This document shows, one piece after another, positions 14,979 to 23,907 of a DNA stretch of 38,216 nt. The notes under the pieces were generated by a model. The model saw nothing but the letters and a program-made list of their open reading frames with translations, ran no database searches and was not told the origin of the DNA. The stretch is from Candidatus Moranbacteria bacterium UBA4824 (GTDB lineage: Bacteria > Patescibacteriota > Minisyncoccia > Moranbacterales > UBA2206). The stretch is from positions 1 through 38,216 of the forward strand of contig DHFM01000052.1 in NCBI GenBank assembly GCA_002400405.1, read 5' to 3'. Numbering within the stretch: position 1 is the stretch's first letter; each line of letters opens with the position of its first letter. The position numbers were made by a program, and so were the translations under genes.

Positions 14979-15737
14979 TCATCTCGTCAAAATCTCACAC
15001 CCTCCTTTTTTCACCACGATTGTATCTTCAAAATGAGCGCTGAGTTTGTCGTCTTGCGTTAAGTATGTCCAACCATCCGCCCCTAGTTTTATTTTATATG
15101 TTCCGACATTTATCATTGGCTCAAGTGCCAGCGTCATCCCCTCTTTCAAAATTATATCCTTAGCACTCCAATGATAATTTGGTACAACCGGATCTTCGTG
15201 CAAAATTTTTCCCACGCCGTGTCCGACAAGATCACGAATAACTGAAAAGCCATTTGAGCGCGCATAGCTTTCCACTGCAATTGAATATTCACTGAGTTTT
15301 GCTCCCGTCTTAATTTTGGCAATTCCCTGATTCAAAGCCTCTCTGGTCACATTCATAATTTTATGCGCCTCGGGACTCATCGCACCAACTGAAAAAGTCC
15401 GCGCCATATCAGTGATCATCCCTTCAAATTCCATTCCGATGTCAATTTTCACCAAATCCCCCTCTTTTATTATTTTTTCTACACTTGGAATAGCATGCAC
15501 AATTTCATTGTTAATTGAAGCGCAGATTGTAGCGGGATAGGGATTGCTTTTGTCACCATAACCTTTGAAGGCTGGTGTCCCTCCATTATCAAAAACAAGC
15601 CTTTCGGCCAGCTTGTCTAACTCCTGTGTATTTACGCCCGAAGCAATCATTTTTCCAATTTCACTCATAATCATCGAGAGTATTTTTCCACCCCGACGCA
15701 TCGACGCTATTTCATTTTGAGTTTTGATTATTATCAT
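14979..15737 (-). CDS. map: type I methionine aminopeptidase
   Basis: 252 aa. Metal ligand blocks D.G....G...D, GHG.G, LEPM and FE.T are present. Confidence 0.95.
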   Translation of the reverse strand: MIIIKTQNEIASMRRGGKILSMIMSEIGKMIASGVNTQELDKLAERLVFDNGGTPAFKGYGDKSNPYPATICASINNEIVHAIPSVEKIIKEGDLVKIDIGMEFEGMITDMARTFSVGAMSPEAHKIMNVTREALNQGIAKIKTGAKLSEYSIAVESYARSNGFSVIRDLVGHGVGKILHEDPVVPNYHWSAKDIILKEGMTLALEPMINVGTYKIKLGADGWTYLTQDDKLSAHFEDTIVVKKGGCEILTR

Positions 15738-15739
15738 AT

Positions 15740-16381
15740 TTACATGTTATCTAAAATATTTTTAAACACCTCGTCAATTTCTTTATCGCCATCAATTTCA
15801 ATAACTTTACCTTGCTTATTATAATACTCAACAATTGGCATTGTTTCTTCGTTGAATATTGCCAATCTTTTTTTCACACCTTCCTCCGTATCATCAACAC
15901 GCTGAATTATCCGACCTCCACATATATCACATTTTTCGTCTTCACTTTGAATATCTTTTCCAAAAATAAAAACTTTTTTGCATTTTTCACAAATTCTTCT
16001 TTTAGAAATTCTTTTTAGCGATTCTTCTTGCGAAAGCTTAATTAGAATTACTTTATCAATTTTCCTGCCAGACTCCTTGACCACTTTTTCAAAATATTCA
16101 AGCTGTTCGATATTTCTCGGTACCCCGTCAAAAACAACTCCTTGCTCTCTTCCTAATCCCATAATTTTCAAATGAATCACTTCTCGCAGAATTTTGTCGC
16201 TCACTAATTCTTTTTTGATATTTATAATTTCATGAATTTCTTTTCCTAATTGAGTATCTAGAAGTGCCACCTCACGCAAAAACTTTCCCATATCAATATG
16301 TTCCAGATCAAATTTCTGCGCTAATTTTTCTGCCTGCGTTCCCTTGCCGGAACCTTGTGGACCAAGAATAATGATATTCAT
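15740..16381 (-). CDS. adk: adenylate kinase (zinc-lid type)
   Basis: Has GPQGSGKGTQ and the lid CxxC...CxxC (CEKCKK...CDICGG). The ATG at 16381 is preferred; the TTG at 16390 lies inside repeat C3. Confidence 0.95.
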   Translation of the reverse strand: MNIIILGPQGSGKGTQAEKLAQKFDLEHIDMGKFLREVALLDTQLGKEIHEIINIKKELVSDKILREVIHLKIMGLGREQGVVFDGVPRNIEQLEYFEKVVKESGRKIDKVILIKLSQEESLKRISKRRICEKCKKVFIFGKDIQSEDEKCDICGGRIIQRVDDTEEGVKKRLAIFNEETMPIVEYYNKQGKVIEIDGDKEIDEVFKNILDNM

Positions 16382-16487
16382 AATTTTCAATTTCTAATTT
16401 TCAATTTTCAAAAAATTTTCAATTACTAAATTTTAAAATTAAAAATTTATAAATTGATTGAAAATTGTGAATTGAAAATTAAAAATT
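16382..16487. repeat. ATTGAAAA-type hairpin element, diverged copy C3
   Basis: aattttcaatttctaattttcaattttc ... aaattgattgaaaattgtgaattgaaaattaaaaatt. The right half is close to C2. Confidence 0.55.
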
Positions 16488-16504
16488 CGAGCAAAGCGAG
16501 TTTT

Positions 16505-17776
16505 CTAAAAGCCTTCATAATCCCTCATCACTAATTGCCCTTCAATTTGTTGGATAAGTTCAATAACCACGGAAACCACAATCAAAAGTCCGGTACCACC
16601 GATTGAGATAGAACCGATTTTAGTAAAACCCTGAACGATGAAAGGAAGAACTGCGATAAGGCCAAGGAATGTTGCGCCTGTGAGCGTCACGCGATTCATA
16701 ATTCTAAAAAGATATTCAGAAGTGTTTTTGCCTGGGCGAATTCCGGGGATGTACCCACCTTGTTTTTGCAAATTTTCCGCAATTTTGTTTGGATCAAAAA
16801 CTACAGCAGTATAAAAATAGGTAAAGGCCACTACTAGAAGAAAATATAGCGAACCATAGAAAAATTGATTTTGAAAAAAATTCCCGACTGCTCGCGCTAC
16901 GCTAGCGACAGTGCCATTAGATGAACTAGCCAAAAAATTAGCAATCATTCCTGGGAAAAGCATAATTGACATCGCAAAGATAATTGGAATCACACCTGCT
17001 TGATTGATGCGCAGTGGCAGATGGGTATTGGTTCCGCCAAACATTTTGTTTCCCCTAATCCTCTTAGCATAAGCAATTGGAATGTTCCTTTGTCCTTCTG
17101 TCATAAAAACCACCGCACCAACTGCACCAACCACAACAACTAGTAGAAAAACGTAGGCGAAAAATTGTGTTGGATCCCAAGTAGATACGATGCGCGAAAT
17201 GGCTGAAGGCAAACTAGAAACTATTCCAGCAAAAATCAAAAGTGATACTCCGTTGCCAATCTTTTTTTCAGTGATCAGTTCCCCTAGCCACATCAAAAAA
17301 ATTGTTCCGGCCGTAGCCACAATCACAATAGAAAACAATCCATACGCTCCGCTTGGCGCCATAATTTGTTGAGAACGAAAAAGAGAAATCATACCGATTG
17401 TTTGCAAAGCTGCCAGTGGAACCGCAATCCATCTGGTCCACTGATTGAATTTTTCCCTCCCAGCCTCTCCCTCTTCCTTATAGATTTGTTCCAAGCGCGG
17501 GATAATCATAGTCATAAGTTGCATGATAATCGAAGAAGTAATATATGGTCCGACGCCAAGCATCACAATAGAAATGCTCGATAGTCCTCCACCGGAAAAA
17601 AGGTTAAGTAGTCCGAAAAATTGATTGCCTTCAAAAAACATTTTGAGTCGTTCTTGATCAATTCCGGGAATAGGAATGTTGGCCGCTAGACGAAAAATCA
17701 CCAAAAGCGCCAAGATAAAAAATATCTTGTTTCTGAGCTCTTTGACTTTGAAGATTTGAATTATTTTTTGAAACAT
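16505..17776 (-). CDS. secY: preprotein translocase subunit SecY
   Basis: Start MFQKIIQIFKVKELRNKI..., with typical SecY TM blocks. The 12 upstream codons of the ORF call lie in the repeated leader. Confidence 0.95.
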   Translation of the reverse strand: MFQKIIQIFKVKELRNKIFFILALLVIFRLAANIPIPGIDQERLKMFFEGNQFFGLLNLFSGGGLSSISIVMLGVGPYITSSIIMQLMTMIIPRLEQIYKEEGEAGREKFNQWTRWIAVPLAALQTIGMISLFRSQQIMAPSGAYGLFSIVIVATAGTIFLMWLGELITEKKIGNGVSLLIFAGIVSSLPSAISRIVSTWDPTQFFAYVFLLVVVVGAVGAVVFMTEGQRNIPIAYAKRIRGNKMFGGTNTHLPLRINQAGVIPIIFAMSIMLFPGMIANFLASSSNGTVASVARAVGNFFQNQFFYGSLYFLLVVAFTYFYTAVVFDPNKIAENLQKQGGYIPGIRPGKNTSEYLFRIMNRVTLTGATFLGLIAVLPFIVQGFTKIGSISIGGTGLLIVVSVVIELIQQIEGQLVMRDYEGF

Positions 17777-17938
17777 GCCAATTTTGTCTGCGAACATAGT
17801 GAGCAGGAACAAAATTGAGCATCCCGCACCAATTCACAAACTAATTTTATATTATCTAAAAACTAAGCCGTAGGCGATTCCGTGAAATAATCATTATTTT
17901 ACAGTAAATCTAATTCGGAATTGGTGCGGGATAGCCCC
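17777..17938 (-). repeat. repeated ~160-nt leader element D1 with a 14-bp GC-rich TIR
   Basis: tcccgcaccaattc (17822-17835) pairs with gaattggtgcggga (17918-17931). It is homologous along its length to 37484-37645, including gctcaatttt and aaaattggcATG next to the start codon. Confidence 0.7.
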
Positions 17939-17941
17939 TTC

Positions 17942-18382
17942 CTACAAACCAATTTTCCCGCCGGCTTTTTCGATCATTTCTTTGGCCGATTTTGAGAGAA
18001 GAATATCCTGGCTGAAAGAAAGTTTTTTGGAAAAAGCACCTGCGCCAAGAATTTTGATCTTTTCATTTTTCACAACCTTGCCAAGCAATTTTACCTTGAC
18101 TAAAGATTCAATATTCACGGTTTCACCATCCTTAAACACTTTTTCAATTTGCTCCAAGGACAACACGGTTTTTTTAGCCTCTCTTGATTTAAATCCTTTT
18201 TTCTTTTTCATGTGATCAATAAGCGTTGAACGGCCACCTTCAAACAAAGGATCAACATGCGCTCCGCTTCGCGCTTTTTGCCCCTTATTACCCTTACCAC
18301 AATAGGTGCCTTTTTTTCCACCTCGTCCAATAGTCTTTCTTTTCTTCTTTTTGCTATTAAGTTTTAGAGTATTAACTTGCAT
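17942..18382 (-). CDS. rplO: 50S ribosomal protein L15
   Basis: 146 aa. Has GRGGKKGTYCGKG.KGQKARSG; position is after rpsE. Confidence 0.93.
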   Translation of the reverse strand: MQVNTLKLNSKKKKRKTIGRGGKKGTYCGKGNKGQKARSGAHVDPLFEGGRSTLIDHMKKKKGFKSREAKKTVLSLEQIEKVFKDGETVNIESLVKVKLLGKVVKNEKIKILGAGAFSKKLSFSQDILLSKSAKEMIEKAGGKIGL

Positions 18383-18402
18383 TTTTTTAATTTAAGTAAA
18401 AA

Positions 18403-18894
18403 TTATTTGACTCTCTCACCTCTTTTTTTCGAATCTTGAAATGTTCTCAGAGCTTCGATAGTGGCTCTAGCTACATTCAATTTATTGGCAGTTCCCAATG
18501 ATTTCGAAATAATATCTTTGATTCCAGCCAAATCAACCACGGCGCGCACCGCTCCACCAGCCACAATTCCCCTTCCTTCTGGAGCAGGTTTGAGCATAAT
18601 TTTAGCACTGCCTGATTTTATAAACATATCATGCGCAATTGTGTTTTTGTTCACATCAACATTGATCATATTTTTCTTGCCGTCATCAAAAGCTTTCTTG
18701 ATTGCATCCGTCACATCCGCTCCCTTTCCAACGCCCACACCTACTTTTCCTTTTCGATTACCGATAACCAAGGTAGCACGAAAACGAAATCTTCTTCCGC
18801 CCTTAACCACGCGCGTCACTCTAGCTAAATCCAAAAGCTTCTGATCGTATTCAGGTTTTTCTTTTTTAGTTCTTGTTCGTTTGTCTCTTCCCAT
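18403..18894 (-). CDS. rpsE: 30S ribosomal protein S5
   Basis: 163 aa. Has VVKGGRRFRFRA.V..GN..G.VG.G.GKA. Confidence 0.95.
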   Translation of the reverse strand: MGRDKRTRTKKEKPEYDQKLLDLARVTRVVKGGRRFRFRATLVIGNRKGKVGVGVGKGADVTDAIKKAFDDGKKNMINVDVNKNTIAHDMFIKSGSAKIMLKPAPEGRGIVAGGAVRAVVDLAGIKDIISKSLGTANKLNVARATIEALRTFQDSKKRGERVK

Positions 18895-18957
18895 AAAATT
18901 TTCAAATTTATAACAACTTATTTATTTCGTATTTCGCTTATTTCGTATTTCGTAAAA

Positions 18958-19305
18958 CTAGAATTTTAATCCACCTTCTCTAGCTCCCTCGGCTAGCGCC
19001 TTTATTTTTCCATGATATTTATAACCACTTCTATCATATACAATTTCACCAATCTTTTTCTCCAGACATTTTTTTGCTATCAAGATTCCAACATTCTTTG
19101 CGCCTTCAATATCATTTTTAGCTTGCTTTATTTCTTTGAGATACGCCGAAACTATGGTAGTTGATTTTTCATCATCAATAACCTGAGCAGATATGCCCAT
19201 GAGACTTTTGAAAACAGCGAGTCGCGGTCTTTTTGCGTCACCCTTAATCTTAGCTTTTATTCGCTTTTTTCGATATAATCTTAAATTGTTTCTACTATTT
19301 TTCAT
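18958..19305 (-). CDS. rplR: 50S ribosomal protein L18
   Basis: 115 aa. Has RPRL.VF.S and a C-terminal YHG...ALA...REGGLKF. Confidence 0.93.
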   Translation of the reverse strand: MKNSRNNLRLYRKKRIKAKIKGDAKRPRLAVFKSLMGISAQVIDDEKSTTIVSAYLKEIKQAKNDIEGAKNVGILIAKKCLEKKIGEIVYDRSGYKYHGKIKALAEGAREGGLKF

Positions 19306-19313
19306 TGTTTTTC

Positions 19314-19382
19314 ATTTACGAAATTACTAATCGAGCGAAAATACGAATTCGTAATTTAGTTTAATTCGTACTTTCGTAAATT
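19314..19382. repeat. TACGAA/TTCGTA hairpin element B1 (fills the rplF-rplR spacer)
   Basis: atttacgaaa...cgaaaatacgaattcgta...attcgtactttcgtaaatt. Homologous to 36949-37015 and ends at the rplF stop codon. Confidence 0.65.
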
Positions 19383-19928
19383 TTACTTTACGGCGCCGGC
19401 TTTCTTACCGACTTTTCTTCTAACTTTCTCTCCTTGATATCTAAAACCTTTTCCTTTATATGGTTCAACTTTTTTTAATGCTCTGATATTAGCCGCGAAT
19501 TGTCCTACTTGTTGCTTATCTATTCCAGAGATTGAAAGGACATTATTATCTTCAATTTTAACCGTTAGTCCTTCCGGAATTTCCTCCTCCACTGGATGAG
19601 AAAAACCAAGAGCCATAACTAGTTTTTTGCCTTGCAAGGACATTCGAAATCCCACTCCCTGTAGTTCTAATTTCTTTTCGAAACCATCTTTGGCACCGAC
19701 AATCATATTGTTCACTAGTGCTCGAGTGAGACCCCAAATAGCATTAGCTTCCTTGGTATTTCTTGTGCGAGAAAATTTCATTTCTCCGTCAGTGACCTCT
19801 ACTTTGATTTGTCGACTAATTTCCAAATTCAAAGTGCCTTTTGGACCCTTGACTTCCAATTTTTCACCGTCGAGCTTGATCTCGATTCCTTGTGGTATAG
19901 CTATTATTTTTTTTCCGATCTTTGACAT
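19383..19928 (-). CDS. rplF: 50S ribosomal protein L6
   Basis: 181 aa. Has SKIGKK.I..P.G and a C-terminal EPYKGKG.RY.GE. Confidence 0.95.
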   Translation of the reverse strand: MSKIGKKIIAIPQGIEIKLDGEKLEVKGPKGTLNLEISRQIKVEVTDGEMKFSRTRNTKEANAIWGLTRALVNNMIVGAKDGFEKKLELQGVGFRMSLQGKKLVMALGFSHPVEEEIPEGLTVKIEDNNVLSISGIDKQQVGQFAANIRALKKVEPYKGKGFRYQGEKVRRKVGKKAGAVK

Positions 19929-20045
19929 AAATTTTCATTTACGAACTACGAAATTAGCGAAATACGAAATATTTTTTAATATATTTTCGTATTTAATTTT
20001 AATTTTCGTACTTTCGTATTTCGTATTATTTTCGTATTTCGTAAT
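19929..20045. repeat. TACGAA/TTCGTA-rich hairpin spacer (rpsH-rplF)
   Basis: tttacgaactacgaaattagcgaaatacgaaatat...atattttcgtattt...ttcgtatttcgtaatt. The arms are built from tandem cgtattt/tacgaaa units. Confidence 0.55.
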
Positions 20046-20438
20046 TTACCAAACTTCACAAATATATTCTCCTCCTAATCCAAGCTTTCTTGACTGAGCT
20101 CCCGTCATCACGCCCTTGGAAGTAGAAATGATAGCTGTACCGTAATTATTCTTAACATTCTTAATATCTTTATTTTTAATATAGATTCTTTGTCCTGACT
20201 TAGAAATTTTCTTGATCCCCTTGATTGCAGGAATTTTTCTGGTTGGAGTAATTTGATAATATTTCAAAATTATCTTTATCAAACCTTGCGCATCCATAGA
20301 AGTTTTTTCTACAAAACCTTCTTTTTCTAAGATTCCAGCTAAGGCAATTCTAAGTTTAGATGGTTTTATAGCCACTTCTTTGTGCCCAGCCATCTGAGCA
20401 TTTCTTATTTTAGTTAACATTTCAGAAATTTTGTCCAT
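20046..20438 (-). CDS. rpsH: 30S ribosomal protein S8
   Basis: 130 aa. Has D.I..MLT.IRNA and a C-terminal GGE..C.VW. Confidence 0.95.
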   Translation of the reverse strand: MDKISEMLTKIRNAQMAGHKEVAIKPSKLRIALAGILEKEGFVEKTSMDAQGLIKIILKYYQITPTRKIPAIKGIKKISKSGQRIYIKNKDIKNVKNNYGTAIISTSKGVMTGAQSRKLGLGGEYICEVW

Positions 20439-20474
20439 AGTTTATAGTTTGATGATTTTAAATTTATCTCTTTT

Positions 20475-20584
20475 CCTACGAATTACGAATCTGTACAAAT
20501 GTACTAATGTGAACTGAATAATTTTTACTGCTTTATTAAATTATTCGTAATTCGTACATTCGTAAATATTCGTAATTCGTAAGG
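20475..20584. repeat. 110-bp TACGAAT inverted-repeat element, copy A1
   Basis: cctacgaattacgaat...gtactaatgtgaa...attattcgtaattcgtacattcgta...attcgtaattcgtaagg. It ends 1 nt from the rpsZ stop codon. Confidence 0.8.
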
Positions 20585-20585
20585 A

Positions 20586-20771
20586 CTACCAACTTGCTTT
20601 TTTAACTCCAGGTATTTGTCCGGTAATAGCCAACTCTCTAAAACATATTCGGCAGATATCAAATTGTCTCATATATCCATGTTTTCTTCCGCACTTCCAA
20701 CAACGTCTCACGATTCTCGTCGAAAATTTAGGTTTTTTTCGGGCTCTTGCTTCTGTTGATTTCTTCGCCAT
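20586..20771 (-). CDS. rpsZ: 30S ribosomal protein S14 type Z (zinc-binding)
   Basis: 61 aa. Has CWKCGR...CRICFRE and a C-terminal SW. Confidence 0.93.
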   Translation of the reverse strand: MAKKSTEARARKKPKFSTRIVRRCWKCGRKHGYMRQFDICRICFRELAITGQIPGVKKASW

Positions 20772-20805
20772 ATTCTTTATCTACAATTAATAAACTTTAA
20801 ATAAA

Positions 20806-21351
20806 TTAACTTTTTATCTCCATTGGAAATCCCAATAATTTAACCAGTGCCAATCCTTTCGCTCTATCCTGTGCATCTGTGACTACTGTCACTTCTAGGC
20901 TGAAAGTATTCTTTACTTGTTCCGGCAAAATTTCTGGAAAAATCAATTGTTCTTTTATCCCGATATTCAAATTACCACTTGCATCAACAGCTGAAGTTTT
21001 CAAACCATGAAAATCTTTCACGCGAGGAAGGGCAGCTTTGACTAATCTTTCGATAAAACTCCACATTCTTTTCCCTCGCAAAGTCACTTTCATTCCGATT
21101 TCTAATCCTTCTCTTGTTTTGAATCCAGCAATTGATTTTTTTGCTTTAGTCGGTAATGGTTTTTGCCCAGTAATGACAGTGAGAGTTTTCGCAATATCTT
21201 CAACTTGAGCAGAATCTTTCAAAAATTTTCCTATTCCAACATTAACCACGACTTTCTTTATCTTTGGCACTTCGAAATCATTGGAAAGATTAAGCTCTTT
21301 TTTCATTTTTTCCACTATTTCTTTTTTGTACTTTTCGCGAATACTAGTCAT
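20806..21351 (-). CDS. rplE: 50S ribosomal protein L5
   Basis: 181 aa. L5 blocks and position. Confidence 0.95.
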   Translation of the reverse strand: MTSIREKYKKEIVEKMKKELNLSNDFEVPKIKKVVVNVGIGKFLKDSAQVEDIAKTLTVITGQKPLPTKAKKSIAGFKTREGLEIGMKVTLRGKRMWSFIERLVKAALPRVKDFHGLKTSAVDASGNLNIGIKEQLIFPEILPEQVKNTFSLEVTVVTDAQDRAKGLALVKLLGFPMEIKS

Positions 21352-21371
21352 GGTATTTCTCTAAATATTTA

Positions 21372-21677
21372 TTATATTTCTCCTTGGCATTTTTTACAAA
21401 CTCTTTGCTTTTTTCCAGCTACTATCTTATATCCTATTCTGGTAGGTTTAGCACATTTTGGGCAAATCAGCATAACATTAGAAATTTGAACTCTTCTTGG
21501 CACTTCGATTCTTTGTCCTTTCTCTCCTTGTTTTCTTGGTTTAGAATGTTTTTTTACGATATTCAAACCTTCCACCACAACTTTTCCATCTTGCGGAACC
21601 GCCTGCAAAACTTTCCCGGTTTTTCCGGAGTCCTTGCCTGCGAGCATTTTTACTAAATCATTTTTCTTTATCTTCAT
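21372..21677 (-). CDS. rplX: 50S ribosomal protein L24
   Basis: 101 aa. Has KGD.V....GKD.GK.G.V with a KOW motif and a C-terminal CxxC...CxxC. Confidence 0.93.
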   Translation of the reverse strand: MKIKKNDLVKMLAGKDSGKTGKVLQAVPQDGKVVVEGLNIVKKHSKPRKQGEKGQRIEVPRRVQISNVMLICPKCAKPTRIGYKIVAGKKQRVCKKCQGEI

Positions 21678-21685
21678 AATAATAT

Positions 21686-21753
21686 CACAGAATTACACAG
21701 AAACCTTACGGAACGACACTGAATTTTTTCTGTGTTGCTCTGTCTTATTCTGT
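21686..21753. repeat. CACAGAA-type hairpin in the rplN-rplX spacer
   Basis: cacagaattacacagaaa (21686-21703) versus tttctgtgttgctctgtcttattctgt (21727-21753). The architecture matches the other spacers but uses a different oligomer unit. Confidence 0.5.
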
Positions 21754-21766
21754 ATCTTTTTGTGTT

Positions 21767-22132
21767 TTATAATACTTCTGGCGCGAGAGAAATTATCTTG
21801 CTAAATCCTTTGTCTCTAATTTCTCTGGCAATCGGTCCAAAAATTCTGGTCCCTTTTGGTTCTTTGTTTTCCAAAATCACTGCGGCATTTTCATCAAATC
21901 TGATGTATGATCCATCTTTTCTTCTAAATTCTTTTCTTTGTCTAACAATCACGGCTCGCACCTTATCCCCTTTTTTTACCATGCCTCTCGGCTCAGCAGT
22001 TTTCACTGAAGCTACAATAATGTCACCAATGCTAGCAAAGCGTCTTCTCGTTCCGCCTAAAACCTTAAAGCATTGAATCATTTTTGCTCCACTATTATCA
22101 GCTACTTTCAATTTTGTTTGAGCTTGTATCAT
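21767..22132 (-). CDS. rplN: 50S ribosomal protein L14
   Basis: 121 aa. Starts [13 protein letters not shown]. Confidence 0.96.
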   Translation of the reverse strand: MIQAQTKLKVADNSGAKMIQCFKVLGGTRRRFASIGDIIVASVKTAEPRGMVKKGDKVRAVIVRQRKEFRRKDGSYIRFDENAAVILENKEPKGTRIFGPIAREIRDKGFSKIISLAPEVL

Positions 22133-22136
22133 ATTC

Positions 22137-22385
22137 TTAAACTACTTTATATTTTTTATCCTTACTTATTGGTCGGCAAGCAATTATTTCCACCGTATCA
22201 CCAATTTTGCATTTATTTTCTTCATCATGAGCCTTATATCTCTTGGTTGATTTATATTTTTTCTGATATTTTTTATGAGTTTTGAATATATCCACAGCAA
22301 TAATAGCGGTCTTATTACCCTTATCGCTGACTACCACACCTTTCTTTTTGGCTAATATTTTATTGTTATTTGAATTATTTTCCAT
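22137..22385 (-). CDS. rpsQ: 30S ribosomal protein S17
   Basis: 82 aa. Has G.VVSDK..KT..V.V and YK.HDE.N. Confidence 0.92.
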   Translation of the reverse strand: MENNSNNNKILAKKKGVVVSDKGNKTAIIAVDIFKTHKKYQKKYKSTKRYKAHDEENKCKIGDTVEIIACRPISKDKKYKVV

Positions 22386-22393
22386 TTTCTTTA

Positions 22394-22576
22394 TTATTTT
22401 TCACTAATTAAAGTATTTATACGAGCAATGTCTTTTTTTTCACCTCTCAGCTCGCGAGTGTTTTTCACTTGCTTGACTGCAATATCAAATCTAAGCTTTC
22501 TGACTTTTTCTTGTTTTTCTGAAAGCATTTTTTTCAACTCTTCAATATTTTTTTCTCGTAATTCTTTAATTTTCAT
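22394..22576 (-). CDS. rpmC: 50S ribosomal protein L29
   Basis: MKIKELREK start at 22576, 1 nt after the rplP stop. The longer call to 22594 overlaps rplP. Confidence 0.9.
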   Translation of the reverse strand: MKIKELREKNIEELKKMLSEKQEKVRKLRFDIAVKQVKNTRELRGEKKDIARINTLISEK

Positions 22577-22577
22577 A

Positions 22578-22988
22578 TTATTCTTTTTCAACAAATTTAG
22601 TCTTTACATTTAATTTATAAGCTGCGAGTCGCATCGCTTCCTTAGCAATTTCTCTTTTTACGCCATCCATTTCAAATAATATCGTTCCTGGTTTTACCAC
22701 TGCCACAAAATGATCCACTGCGCCTTTACCTTTACCCATTGGGGTTTCATCACCTTTTTTTGTCATTGGCTTATCAGGAAAAATTCTAATCCAAATTTTT
22801 CCTCCGCGCTGGACAGATCTTGTCATAGCTCGTCTAGAAGCCTCTATTTGACGCGCTGTGACTAAGCTTGCCCCCATAGCTTTCAAACCAAAACTGCCAA
22901 AACTAATCTCGTTACCGCGATGAGCTGTTCCGCGAATTTTCCCTCCGCGTTGGATCTTTCTGTGTTTTACTTTTTTTGGCATCAACAT
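22578..22988 (-). CDS. rplP: 50S ribosomal protein L16
   Basis: 136 aa. Starts MLMPKK.K.RK. Confidence 0.95.
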   Translation of the reverse strand: MLMPKKVKHRKIQRGGKIRGTAHRGNEISFGSFGLKAMGASLVTARQIEASRRAMTRSVQRGGKIWIRIFPDKPMTKKGDETPMGKGKGAVDHFVAVVKPGTILFEMDGVKREIAKEAMRLAAYKLNVKTKFVEKE

Positions 22989-22998
22989 AATAATTTAT

Positions 22999-23109
22999 CT
23001 TACGAATTACGAATTCTTACGAATGTACTAATGTGAGTTAAAAATAATTTTTGTATTTTATTAAATTATTCGTAATTCGTACATTCGTACTGATTCGTAA
23101 TTCGTAAGG
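22999..23109. repeat. 110-bp TACGAAT inverted-repeat element, copy A2
   Basis: Identical by eye over about 110 bp to 27357-27468. It ends 1 nt from the rpsC stop codon. Confidence 0.85.
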
Positions 23110-23110
23110 A

Positions 23111-23755
23111 TTACTCAAATACTTCTCCTTTATACAACCAAACTTTCACTCCTAATGTTCCATATGTCGTATAGGCCGTCGCTCGGGAAAAATCGATATC
23201 GCATCGCATAGTATGCAGTGGTAATGTTCCCTTAGCTGACCATTCTCTACGACTCATTTCCGCTCCGCCCAATCTTCCAGACATTTCAATTTTCACTCCT
23301 TTGATATTCTTATTTTTCATTACTTGTTCCAAAGCTGATTTCATAGCTTTTCGGAAAGGCAATCTTTTTTCTAATTGATCAGCAATGTTTTGCGCCATAA
23401 TTGCAGCGCTCTCTTCCATATTCTTAACTTCGACAATATCCACTTTCAAATTCATATTCTTATTGCCTTTGAAAAAATTCTTTTGAATATAACTCTTAAT
23501 ATCTTCGATGCCACTACCACCGCGTCCGATTAGCACTCCCGGTCTGGCAGTTTTGATGATTACTCGAATCATTTTGGCTGATCTTTCTATTTCTACTTCA
23601 GATATAAAAGCCGCTTTCCATTTTTTGGAAACTCCACCTCTAATTTCAATATCTTGCTTGAGGTTCTTTGTATATTCTCTTTTACTAAACCATTTAGATT
23701 TCCAGTCTTGAGTTATCCCCATCCGGAATCCAATTGGATTTACTTTATGTCCCAT
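23111..23755 (-). CDS. rpsC: 30S ribosomal protein S3
   Basis: 214 aa. Starts MGHKVNPIGFR, with KH domain blocks. Confidence 0.96.
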   Translation of the reverse strand: MGHKVNPIGFRMGITQDWKSKWFSKREYTKNLKQDIEIRGGVSKKWKAAFISEVEIERSAKMIRVIIKTARPGVLIGRGGSGIEDIKSYIQKNFFKGNKNMNLKVDIVEVKNMEESAAIMAQNIADQLEKRLPFRKAMKSALEQVMKNKNIKGVKIEMSGRLGGAEMSRREWSAKGTLPLHTMRCDIDFSRATAYTTYGTLGVKVWLYKGEVFE

Positions 23756-23790
23756 GCTAATTTAATTTTATATGCTTTAGTTAACTATTT

Positions 23791-23903
23791 CCTTACGAAT
23801 TACGAATTTTTACGAATGTACTAATGTGAATTGAATAATCTTTTGCTGTTTTATTAAATTATTCGTAATTCGTACATTCGTACCGATTCGTAATTCGTAA
23901 GAG
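23791..23903. repeat. 110-bp TACGAAT inverted-repeat element, copy A3
   Basis: ccttacgaattacgaatttttacgaatgtac...gtacattcgtaccgattcgtaattcgtaag. It ends about 4 nt from the rplV stop codon. Confidence 0.8.
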
Positions 23904-23907
23904 TTAT

